Below, piece by piece: positions 18,253-27,100 of a stretch of 64,000 nucleotides of DNA. This DNA is from Candidatus Latescibacterota bacterium (GTDB lineage: Bacteria; Latescibacterota; UBA2968). The translations under genes and the position numbers were made by a program. The DNA lies in contig OZ244960.1 of NCBI GenBank assembly GCA_965222605.1, positions 4,480,001-4,544,000 on the forward strand, in the 5' to 3' direction. The notes beneath the pieces were generated by a model. That model searched no databases and was not told where the DNA came from. It worked only from the letters and a program-made list of their open reading frames with translations. The number at the start of each line of letters is the position of its first letter. Within the stretch, counting starts at the first letter, position 1.

Positions 18253-19536
18253 TTAAACCTGAAGTTCTGCAGGGTCGTTGGTGCGCGCGCCTTCGGGGGC
18301 AGGGACTGAGCCTGCGAGCAATGGATCGCGAGTTGTTTCCATCCAGGCTTGGAGGCGATGGCGCAGGTCGTTCAGCGCGTCCTGATGGTTGGGATCAGAG
18401 GCGAGATTGTTGGTCTCATGTGGGTCAAAAATGAGATCATAGAGTTGTTCCTGGGGTTGATTTTTCTGCCGCCAGCCCTGGGTGAGAAAGTAGGATTTGC
18501 TGGGGCTGCCGTCGCAGTTGATGTCGCCGGGACGCGATGTGGGATACCAGTGGCGGATATATTTCCATTTTTTTGTGCGAATGGCGCGTTGCGGGTCGTA
18601 ATAGCTGTGGTAGTTGATTTCTGCGAAAATTTCATCGCGGATTTCATCTGTTTCATCGCGGATAAGTGGTAGCACGGATTTGCCTTGCAGCCAGTGGGGG
18701 TGGTCTATGCCGATCACGTCGCACAAGGTGGGGAAGAGGTCAATTTGAGAGACCATGCCATCGGTGACTTTGCCGCCTGAAAAACCCGGTCCGCGCATGA
18801 TGAGCAAAACGCCGATGCCGTGATCGGTGAGGTTGCATTTCATCATGGGGAATGCGATGCCGTGATCGGTGGTGCTGATGACGATGGTGTTTTCGGCAAG
18901 TCCGACACGATCTATGGCGTTGAGGACGCGCCCGACTTCGGTATCGAGAATGCGAACGCAGGTTTTGTAAGCAGCGGTATCGTATCGGGTTTCGGGGGTG
19001 TCGGGCAAAGGCGCGGGGGGTATGCAATAGCGCGGGTCGTCTTCTGGCTCTGGTTCGGGAAAGCTGCGATGGGTGACGGTATATCCGACGTCGAGAAAAA
19101 AGGGCTTGTCGTGAGATCGGTTGAGAAATGCGATGGCCGCATCTGAGGTCGCCCGTTGATTTTTAGCTGTGTCGAATATTTCGTCATAACCGATTTCCGA
19201 GGGATCGGCTGCGGGGGGGCGACCGACGTGCTGAAAACCCGATAGAGCGGTTGTGTAACCCGCTTTTTTGAGCGTATGAACGAGGTGATGGCTGTAATCG
19301 TTGAGGCGAAAACCGCGGTGTGCCAACCCCAGCATGCCGCAACTATGGGGCCATTGTCCGGTCAGGAGTGCGGCTCGGCTCGGCGAGCAGGTCGGGTTGG
19401 CGCAAAATGCCTGGCGGAATAGAATGCCCTGTTCGGCGAGGCGCTGAAAATTCGGGGTTGGCATGGCATGCCCAAAGGGCTGAATGTAGCGACCCGTGTC
19501 GTGAGAATGGATGTAGAGGATATTTGGATGGGACAT
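18253..19536 (-). CDS. Cys-type sulfatase (sulfamidase-like)
   Basis: PNILYIHSHD, CSPSRAALLTG, TTDHG and EQLYDL..DPHE. Confidence 0.9.
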   Translation of the reverse strand: MSHPNILYIHSHDTGRYIQPFGHAMPTPNFQRLAEQGILFRQAFCANPTCSPSRAALLTGQWPHSCGMLGLAHRGFRLNDYSHHLVHTLKKAGYTTALSGFQHVGRPPAADPSEIGYDEIFDTAKNQRATSDAAIAFLNRSHDKPFFLDVGYTVTHRSFPEPEPEDDPRYCIPPAPLPDTPETRYDTAAYKTCVRILDTEVGRVLNAIDRVGLAENTIVISTTDHGIAFPMMKCNLTDHGIGVLLIMRGPGFSGGKVTDGMVSQIDLFPTLCDVIGIDHPHWLQGKSVLPLIRDETDEIRDEIFAEINYHSYYDPQRAIRTKKWKYIRHWYPTSRPGDINCDGSPSKSYFLTQGWRQKNQPQEQLYDLIFDPHETNNLASDPNHQDALNDLRHRLQAWMETTRDPLLAGSVPAPEGARTNDPAELQV

Positions 19537-19564
19537 TGAATTTTCCTGTGATTATTTGCTGATG

Positions 19565-20980
19565 TCACGCATGAGATAGATACGCTCGAAGGTGTTTGAG
19601 GGCACGGCCATTGTTTATTGCTTTTCGCGCTTGTTGAATTGCCTTGTGAGGATCGGCAGTGAAACCGAGCAGGTAATCTGTGAGGGCCACATTGAGTACA
19701 ATGCGGTCGTAAACAGGACCTTTTTCGCCAGAGAGGGCTGCGAGTCCGAGTTCGGCAAAGGTCTGTGCATCGACGGCTTCGGGGCGTGGATTTTGTGCGT
19801 AGTGAAAGCCGTAAGTGGCGGGATTGATGTCGCAAGCATAAGTTTGATCGGCGCGAAAACCCTGTGAAAAATTGATGGCGTTGCGCGTTTTATCGGTGGG
19901 TTTTCCCAGGCGAAGGGAAAAGTGGCTGGTGCCTTCTTCCCCCTTGATTGCGACTGCAGATGTAAATCCGGTCTCGCGTGCGATTTTCAGAAGGGGGATT
20001 TCGTATCCCGAATGGTAATAACCGATGACAATGTGATTGCTGCCGGCACAGGTGAAGAGTTGCTGCGCTTTTTCTGTGGCAGACCACGGGGGGCGTTTGC
20101 CAATGTGGGCGCGAAGGTCGCGGGCTGCATAGGCTAATGGCGCATATTCGCGCTGGCTGATGTAGGCAAAGCCAATCTCGGGATTTTCGAGTCGTTCTGC
20201 TGCTTCTGAAAGCGACAAATTGGTGCGGGCATTGAGGGCGTTGAGGATCTGTTCGTCGGTTACACCCCATTTGGGTGGCAGGGCATCTACACCGTGAAGT
20301 ACGGTGGGGCGACCGAGGGCCGCGCGCAGTGCCGCGACAAAAAGGGTGGGTTTGAAGTAGCGGGTTGAGCCATTGTAGGGTTGACCAAAGTGGGTGAGGT
20401 TATTCACCTGTACTGTGTGGATGCGTTCGGGTGCAAAGGTCGAGTGGAGGTATCCGCGCACCTCGTCGTAGGATTCGAGGTTCATGCGCTGGCCGATCAG
20501 CGCGGCACCTTTGAGGCTGCCGCGAACGCTGTCGGTGAGAATGGCTTCGCACATAAGGCGCGTTAGGTCGTAGGTGAGATGCCCCCCGTTGAGAATGGTT
20601 TTTAGCGCGGAAATGACGGTTTGCTCATTGGGCGATTCTGTGGGACAGTGATCTTTAAGGCCGAATATATATTGCAGGTCGGGTGGCAAGTGGGTGTGTA
20701 GAGGAGGAGCATATTGTTCAAAGGCATTGATTTCCGCCTGGCTCCAGGCTGTTTTGGGCGGGTAATTGCGCCGCAGACGCATTGCGGCAAAAAAGGCTCC
20801 CATCTGGATATCGGAGACCGGATGACGCGCTTTGTTTTGCAGCGTATTGAGGATGGCATCCAGGACGGGCTGTGGCTGTGGATCGCCGGGTTTGTTGCCC
20901 AAAGGACGAGATTGCGTGGGGCCTGTACACACACGCGCCTGGGCTTCGAGAACGAGGGGGTTGGGATCAAATAGTGGCAT
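19565..20980 (-). CDS. Anthranilate phosphoribosyltransferase-like (glycosyltransferase family 3, YbiB/TrpD2-like) protein
   Basis: QMGAFFAAM, HFGQPYNG, HGVDALPPKWGVT, REYAP..LRAHIGKRPP and KGEEG. The canonical TrpD GTGGD motif is absent. Confidence 0.7.
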   Translation of the reverse strand: MPLFDPNPLVLEAQARVCTGPTQSRPLGNKPGDPQPQPVLDAILNTLQNKARHPVSDIQMGAFFAAMRLRRNYPPKTAWSQAEINAFEQYAPPLHTHLPPDLQYIFGLKDHCPTESPNEQTVISALKTILNGGHLTYDLTRLMCEAILTDSVRGSLKGAALIGQRMNLESYDEVRGYLHSTFAPERIHTVQVNNLTHFGQPYNGSTRYFKPTLFVAALRAALGRPTVLHGVDALPPKWGVTDEQILNALNARTNLSLSEAAERLENPEIGFAYISQREYAPLAYAARDLRAHIGKRPPWSATEKAQQLFTCAGSNHIVIGYYHSGYEIPLLKIARETGFTSAVAIKGEEGTSHFSLRLGKPTDKTRNAINFSQGFRADQTYACDINPATYGFHYAQNPRPEAVDAQTFAELGLAALSGEKGPVYDRIVLNVALTDYLLGFTADPHKAIQQARKAINNGRALKHLRAYLSHA

Positions 20981-21133
20981 AAGGTGAAATTATCGCGGGG
21001 ATGCTGTGTTGTCAAGTGATTGAAATGGAGGGAATCACAGTTGCGTGATGAAGTATTAGCCAATATTGACCGCTGTGCGCAAATTACAACTTTTAGTAAA
21101 GCCAAGCGGTACAAATTTTGTGGAAAAAAAGAT

Positions 21134-21162
21134 TTGACTTTCGCATAGACAAGTAATATTTT
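21134..21162 (+). promoter_or_regulatory. Putative sigma70 promoter for the STAS gene
   Basis: TTGACT-17 bp-TATTTT. Confidence 0.35.
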
Positions 21163-21294
21163 AGCTGAACTTCTCAAGTCCCTATTGAGCGAATGGCTTG
21201 TTCGGGTTTCGATTTATGCAAAAGTCGAATTTCATGCACGTGGCGTGCGGCAAGAGCTTTCGTAGATCATTTTCACACATCAGGATACAGGTCA

Positions 21295-21633
21295 ATGGAG
21301 ATTAAGACCCAACGAGAAAATGGAATTTTAATCGCGAATGTGAATGGCCGGGTTGATAGTGCCAATGCCCGCGAGTTCGAAAATGTATTAAGCTCTGCAA
21401 TCAGTGACGACGATACTTGCGTGATTGTAGATTTTGGAGGGCTTTCTTACATTAGCAGTTCGGGCCTGCGGGTCATTTTGCTGGTTGCCAAGTCACTCCG
21501 GAATCGCAATGCGGAATTTGCGCTTTGCTCGCTTTCTAGCCCCATCGGAGAGGTCTTCAAAATCAGCGGATTTGACAAGATCATTTCGATCTACGACTCA
21601 CAGGCAGAGGCTTGCGCCGCACTGGGCGGATAA
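21295..21633 (+). CDS. STAS-domain anti-sigma-factor antagonist (RsbV/SpoIIAA-like)
   Basis: GRVDS, VDFGGLSYISSSGLRV (phospho-Ser motif) and VFKISGF. Confidence 0.92.
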   Translation: MEIKTQRENGILIANVNGRVDSANAREFENVLSSAISDDDTCVIVDFGGLSYISSSGLRVILLVAKSLRNRNAEFALCSLSSPIGEVFKISGFDKIISIYDSQAEACAALGG

Positions 21634-22140
21634 CCTGACCTTTAGTTTTATCGCGTGTGCTCTCAAGCCATAGATGGAGGGCTTGGCGTGTTTTGACCTA
21701 TTTCACAGACCGAGTTAGACTCGCCCTGCTTAATGTGTGTGCTTTCCACAATCGGGTTGCTGGCGAAGCCATATTATTGAAACTCACACGCCGATCTGAT
21801 TGTCAACTTCTTCCTGTGTATCTGATCCATAGATCACTATTCCAGGGTATCTCTCATGCCCTGTATATCCGCTTTCAAAACCTCCCGAATAACAGCCACC
21901 CTTCTATAATTCAGTAACTGGTGTCGTGTAGTTTGTCATTACACAATGACCGATTCAGCAATCGTTCACATTCTTTAATACCTCTCCTCGGATTCTTCTC
22001 TCTTACAACGCAGCGAGTAATGGGGGATAAGTCCATAAAGCGAGGACGTTTGCTATCGCAATGATTGTACACCGATCAAAGAATGCTTAACGTCGGTATA
22101 AGTAAGACACCATTAATATATCAATATAAGAGGCGCATAT

Positions 22141-23310
22141 ATGACAAAGGCGAAATACAAAATCCTCGTGGTTGATGACGAACCCGATCTCGAACATCTT
22201 ATGCGGCAGCGCATGCGGCGCGATGTGCGCGCCGGGCACTACTCATTTGCCTTTGCCCAAAACGGCGTTGAGGCTCTTGAGGTGCTGAACAAGGATCCGG
22301 ATATTGACATGGTGCTCTCGGACATCAATATGCCGCGGATGGATGGTCTCACGCTGCTCGAACAGATGCCGCTAGTCGATCCCGACCTCCGTGCTGTGAT
22401 TGTCTCGGCTTATGGCGACATGAAAAACATCCGTACGGCCATGAACCGGGGAGCGTTCGACTTTGTTACCAAGCCCATTGATTTTCAAGATTTGCGGGTC
22501 ACTATTGAGCGCACTTTGGTACACCTGAAAATGTGGCGCGAGGCTGTGGCTTCTCGGGACAAGTTGGTGGCACTGCAAAACGAGCTTCGCGTTGCCCATG
22601 ATATGCAGCAGTCGATCCTGCCGAAGACCTTTCCCAATAAACCTGGTTATCAGTTGTTTGGAAACATGGAGCCTGCACGCGAAGTGGGGGGCGATTTTTT
22701 CGATATTATCAATCTGGAAAACGATCGCGTTGGCTTGGCAATTGCCGATGTTTCCGACAAGGGCGTACCAGCTGCCCTTTTCATGATGTCCAGCCGCACG
22801 TTGTTGAAAGGGGCCGCCATCGGCAAATCGAACCCGGGCGATGTGCTGACCGAGGTCAATTATCTCTTGGAGGAAGACAACGACGCTGCGATGTTTGTCA
22901 CCGTGTTTTATGCCGAATACAATCCGGCGAATGGATTGCTGTCGTACGCTAACGGGGGGCACAATCCCCCGATTGTCGTCCACGCGGATGGTAGCTCGAC
23001 TGTGCTTCCCCAGACCAACGGGATTGCTCTGGGTATCCTGCCAGACATCCAATACGAACAAAACGCAGTCACTCTGTCGCCCGGCGATGCCCTCGTGCTT
23101 TACACAGATGGCGTCACCGAAGCTGTGAATGCCCAGAATGAGGAGTTTGAGATGCAGCGCTTGCTTACAGTATTATCCGAGGCGTCGTCGAGTGACGTCC
23201 GCGAAATGAACGAGGCGGTATTTCAAGCTGTGCAGGCATTCGCGGGCGAGATACCCCAGTTCGACGATATGACTTGTATGACACTTTTTTGCAAAGAGAT
23301 AGAGACATGA
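22141..23310 (+). CDS. Response regulator receiver-PP2C (SpoIIE) phosphatase fusion
   Basis: ILVVDDE, DINMPRMDG and FVTKP, then QQSILP, VGGDFFD, ADVSDKG, GGHNPP, YTDGVTE and QFDDMT. Confidence 0.93.
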   Translation: MTKAKYKILVVDDEPDLEHLMRQRMRRDVRAGHYSFAFAQNGVEALEVLNKDPDIDMVLSDINMPRMDGLTLLEQMPLVDPDLRAVIVSAYGDMKNIRTAMNRGAFDFVTKPIDFQDLRVTIERTLVHLKMWREAVASRDKLVALQNELRVAHDMQQSILPKTFPNKPGYQLFGNMEPAREVGGDFFDIINLENDRVGLAIADVSDKGVPAALFMMSSRTLLKGAAIGKSNPGDVLTEVNYLLEEDNDAAMFVTVFYAEYNPANGLLSYANGGHNPPIVVHADGSSTVLPQTNGIALGILPDIQYEQNAVTLSPGDALVLYTDGVTEAVNAQNEEFEMQRLLTVLSEASSSDVREMNEAVFQAVQAFAGEIPQFDDMTCMTLFCKEIET

Positions 23311-23729
23311 AGGTGAAACGTTCTTTGAGTATTGAGTCGGATCTCAGCGAGTTGGAAAGGCTTCACGATGCCGTGGCAGAACTCGGCGAGGTAGGGAATT
23401 GGCCCCCCGATCTCGTGTACCAGGTCGATCTCGTCCTTGAAGAATTGATCGTCAACACTGTGAACTACGGGTACGACGACGATGAACGCCACGAGATTGA
23501 GATTGCGCTGACTTCGGATGCGGATGTCTTTACTGTTGAGATTATAGACGACGGGCATGCCTTTAATCCACTGAGCGACGCCCCCGAATCGGATCTGGAC
23601 GCAGAGATAGCAGATCGCCCGATAGGGGGGCTTGGCATCCATCTGATGCGCGTTATGATGGACGAAGTACACTATCAGCGCGAGCAGGATAAGAATTATC
23701 TTACTCTGATTAAGCGGAGGAATGGATGA
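23307..23729 (+). CDS. RsbW-like anti-sigma factor / serine kinase (HATPase_c_2)
   Basis: LVLEELIVNTVNYG, IIDDGHAFNP and GGLGIHL. ATGA overlap with the upstream gene. Confidence 0.9.
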   Translation: MKVKRSLSIESDLSELERLHDAVAELGEVGNWPPDLVYQVDLVLEELIVNTVNYGYDDDERHEIEIALTSDADVFTVEIIDDGHAFNPLSDAPESDLDAEIADRPIGGLGIHLMRVMMDEVHYQREQDKNYLTLIKRRNG

Positions 23730-24898
23730 GGAGAACGCGCTACAGTTGTGCGGTTTTACTACTCGTCTTGCTAATTGCAGAAATCCGTGCGGAAGAATCC
23801 GGAATCTCTGACCAGCGCATTCTATTCGGGCAGTCCGCCGCTTTTAGTGGTCCCGCTCAAGAACTGGGCAAGAACATGCGGATTGGAATTGAGGCAGCTT
23901 TTCAGGAGGCCAACACGCGGGGCGGCGTGCATGGTCGGCAGCTAATACTGTTGTCTCTCGATGACGCTTACGAACCAGAAGCCGCCATCGCCAACACCCA
24001 GCGGCTGATTGAGCAGGAACGGGTTTTCGCACTAATTGGTGCTGTTGGCACACCCACTTCGCGCTCTGCTACTCCTATCGCCGAGCGCGCGGGTGTTCCC
24101 TATATCGCGCCTTTTACCGGTGCTGCCTTCCTGCGTGAGGCCAGGTGGAAAAGTGTGATCAATTTGCGGGCGTCTTATAACCAGGAGACAGAGGCTATGG
24201 TCGCTCGTTTGACCACAGACCTGGGCATTAAACGCATTGCCGTGATGTACCAGGATGACTCTTTTGGTCGGGCGGGCTATCGCGGCGTGCGGCAGGCACT
24301 CGAACGGCGTAGCATGGAACCTGTGGCAATAGGGGTGTACCCGCGCAATACCACGGCGGTAAAGACGGGCTTGCTCAACTTGCATAGTGCAAACCCCGAT
24401 GCAGTCATCCTGATCGGGGCTTACCAGCCCGTGGCAACGCTGATTGCCTGGGCGCGACACACGGAGCTGGATCCCGTGTTTATGACCATCTCCTTTGTGG
24501 GCAGCAATGCGTTGGCCAAGGAACTCGGTCGCGCTGGTGCTGGGGTCTTTGTCACTCAGGTCGTGCCTTTTCCAACAGATGAGATCCCCCGCGTTGGTAT
24601 TGCCTATCGCCGTGCCCTGGCGACCCACGCGCCCGAAGCAACTCCTGGCTTTGTCTCCTACGAAGGCTATTTGGCGGGTCGATTGGCTATTACCGCTCTC
24701 GAACGCTGTGGTAGGGAGGTTGACCGCGCCGGGTTTCTCAAGAGTTTGCGTAGCACAGACACCATTGATCTCGATGGCTTTGAACTTCTCTATGGCGAAA
24801 ATGATAATCAGGGTTCAGACGCTGTTTTTCTTACCGTGATTGGCACAGATGGCAGTTATCGCTCGATCCAAACGCTGCGGGACGCAATAAAGCCATGA
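23726..24898 (+). CDS. Periplasmic binding protein, LivJ/Peripla_BP_6-like
   Basis: Signal peptide, GQSAAFSGP, GGVHGR..LDDAYEP, VGTPT, RASY and YEGYLA. Confidence 0.85.
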   Translation: MRRTRYSCAVLLLVLLIAEIRAEESGISDQRILFGQSAAFSGPAQELGKNMRIGIEAAFQEANTRGGVHGRQLILLSLDDAYEPEAAIANTQRLIEQERVFALIGAVGTPTSRSATPIAERAGVPYIAPFTGAAFLREARWKSVINLRASYNQETEAMVARLTTDLGIKRIAVMYQDDSFGRAGYRGVRQALERRSMEPVAIGVYPRNTTAVKTGLLNLHSANPDAVILIGAYQPVATLIAWARHTELDPVFMTISFVGSNALAKELGRAGAGVFVTQVVPFPTDEIPRVGIAYRRALATHAPEATPGFVSYEGYLAGRLAITALERCGREVDRAGFLKSLRSTDTIDLDGFELLYGENDNQGSDAVFLTVIGTDGSYRSIQTLRDAIKP

Positions 24899-27057
24899 TT
24901 GACATACTAAAACATCTGCTTGAAGGCCGCTACCGAATCTCGACGCAACTCTATCTGGGCATTGGCGGGGCTGTTGTCCTCACTATGGGGGCGAGTCTGG
25001 TTGGCTGGCTTTCCTTCAACAGCGTGGGTGACGCGCAAAGTCGCGTGAATGAAGGCAGTGTGCCCGGAATGGCAGCCGCATTTGGAGTCGCTCAACAAAG
25101 CGGTGCTCTTGTAGCTGCAGCCCCGCGCCTGGTCGCAGCTACAACACTGGATGTCTTTGATCAGGTTGCCGCTGAAATCGGCAAAGAGCAAAGTGCCTTT
25201 GAAGCGCAGTTGGTGGCTCTGACGCAGCAAGGTGAAGAAGAGGAACGCTTCAGTCGCATTCGCGCCCAGGGTGGTACGCTGATCTCAAATATCGAGGCAA
25301 TTGAAAGCTCGGTAGCCGAGCGTTTTGATCTGCAAGCACGAAGCGAAGCCCTGCGTGCAGAACTGGTCAAAGTGCGCAACGAACTGGTTGATGTCATGGG
25401 TCCGCTTATTGACGATCAGTTATTCTACGCTATGACGGGGTATCGCAATCTCGGCGAAGCACCCGCGCCGCTTACACAGCACTTGTCGAGAAAAGAGTTC
25501 GACCACTATCGCCATCTGGCTGCGTTGCAAGCAGACGCGACCATAGCAATCCAGCTTCTGTCGAGTGCTTTCAATCTTTCGGACGCACCCCTGATTGAAC
25601 CATTGCGGGAGCGCTTTGAGGCTGCTAAAGACAGGATTGAATGGAGTCTATCGGCACTCGGAACAGCCCGTGCGCGCAGTCAGGTCGCCCCGACATGTGC
25701 CCGCCTGTACCAGTTGGGGCTGGGAGAGCAAGGGGGCTTCGACCTGCGTGCACGAGAACTCGAACTCGCTGCGCACCAGCGAGATCTGCTCGCACACAAT
25801 CAGTCTCTGGCCCTTGATCTAATCGCTGAGGCCGAAGGGCTGGTAAGCTCAGCTCGCATAAGCGCGCAGGAAGCTACCCTCGCTTCCACGCAGGCCATCG
25901 GCACCGGGCGCAGTCTTCTGTTGGTTTTGAATGTGATCAGCATTACTGGCGCGTTGTTGATCGCCTATTTATTTGTGGGACGAATGCTGTTGCCCCGTCT
26001 CGAGCGACTATCCGAACGGATGCGCCGCATGGCTGATGGCGACCTGGAGGGCAAGGTCGAGATCGGTGGGCACGACGAGGTGGCAGACATGGCCGCAGCC
26101 CTTGAGATTTTTCGCCGCCATGCTCTGGAGGTGCAGCGCCTGAATCTGGTGGAAAAACTGGCCGAAGAGTTGCAATCTAAGAACGCAGAGCTTGAAAAGG
26201 TGCTGGACGAATTGCGTGTGGCGCAGGACCAGATCGTCATGCGCGAGAAATTGGCCGCGCTCGGCGAACTCACTGCAGGTGTGGCGCATGAGATCAAAAA
26301 TCCGCTGAATTTTGTGAAAAATTTCTCGGAAGCGTCGGAAGAACTGATGGAAGAGTTGACAGAGGTCCTGGACGAGAGTGCTAACGCACTGGACGAGGAG
26401 CAGCGCGAATTGGTTGACGAGATATGCCAGGATCTCACCGACAACATGGGGCGCATCCTCCAACACGGCAACCGCGCCGACAGCATCGTTCACGACATGC
26501 TCATGATGGGGCGTGGCTCTGGTGAGCGACAGCCCACTGAGATCAACAATCTGCTCAATGAACACGCCCGCCTTGCCTACCACAGCGCACGGGCGACTGA
26601 TGCGGATTTCAACTTGACTATCGAGCAGGATTTCGACCCGGAGGCGGGGCAAATTGAGGTCGTTCCGCAGGATCTGGGGCGCGTCTTTCTCAACATGGTA
26701 GGCAATGCCTGCTACGCTACCGACGAGAAACGGCGTGCTATCGAATCAGATGCTGGCGAGACCTATTTCCCGACCCTGTCGCTGATTACCAGACGCATGG
26801 ATGATCGGATAGAGGTGTGCATACGGGACAACGGGAATGGGATGCCGCCCGAGGTTATCGAGAAAATTTTCAATCCTTTCTTTACCACAAAACCGACAGA
26901 CAAAGGCACTGGCCTCGGCCTTGCTCTTTCCAACGATATCGTGCGCGAACACGGGGGAACCATCCGTGTCGTATCCGAACCCGGTGAATTCACCGAGATG
27001 ATAGTCGAATTGCCTTTGGTGCCGCCCGCGGTGACGACTGAAGAGGTAGCGAGCTAA
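24895..27057 (+). CDS. Sensor histidine kinase with a large helical periplasmic domain (TorS-like) and HAMP
   Basis: Two TM segments, HAMP (DEVADMA), H-box GELTAGVAHEIKNPLNF, NMVGNA, DNGNG and FNPFFTTK..GTGLGL. Confidence 0.9.
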   Translation: MIDILKHLLEGRYRISTQLYLGIGGAVVLTMGASLVGWLSFNSVGDAQSRVNEGSVPGMAAAFGVAQQSGALVAAAPRLVAATTLDVFDQVAAEIGKEQSAFEAQLVALTQQGEEEERFSRIRAQGGTLISNIEAIESSVAERFDLQARSEALRAELVKVRNELVDVMGPLIDDQLFYAMTGYRNLGEAPAPLTQHLSRKEFDHYRHLAALQADATIAIQLLSSAFNLSDAPLIEPLRERFEAAKDRIEWSLSALGTARARSQVAPTCARLYQLGLGEQGGFDLRARELELAAHQRDLLAHNQSLALDLIAEAEGLVSSARISAQEATLASTQAIGTGRSLLLVLNVISITGALLIAYLFVGRMLLPRLERLSERMRRMADGDLEGKVEIGGHDEVADMAAALEIFRRHALEVQRLNLVEKLAEELQSKNAELEKVLDELRVAQDQIVMREKLAALGELTAGVAHEIKNPLNFVKNFSEASEELMEELTEVLDESANALDEEQRELVDEICQDLTDNMGRILQHGNRADSIVHDMLMMGRGSGERQPTEINNLLNEHARLAYHSARATDADFNLTIEQDFDPEAGQIEVVPQDLGRVFLNMVGNACYATDEKRRAIESDAGETYFPTLSLITRRMDDRIEVCIRDNGNGMPPEVIEKIFNPFFTTKPTDKGTGLGLALSNDIVREHGGTIRVVSEPGEFTEMIVELPLVPPAVTTEEVAS

Positions 27058-27100
27058 AGGGAGTAGAGGCACTGTCTCATCACGATGGGAGGAGATAGCC

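Noticed and set aside
21657-21917. 86-aa ORF in the STAS-phosphatase gap
   Set aside because: No RBS, no recognisable motif and atypical composition.
21927-21943. TGTAG-N7-TTACA as a GlnR/TnrA-type nitrogen box
   Set aside because: It has a mismatch to TGTNA-N7-TNACA, occurs once, and no such regulator is evident.
21961-22050. Glutamine (glnA) riboswitch call
   Set aside because: Only the 5' ATCGTTCA matches. The conserved CGGAAGTAG and GAAGGAACG elements are absent.
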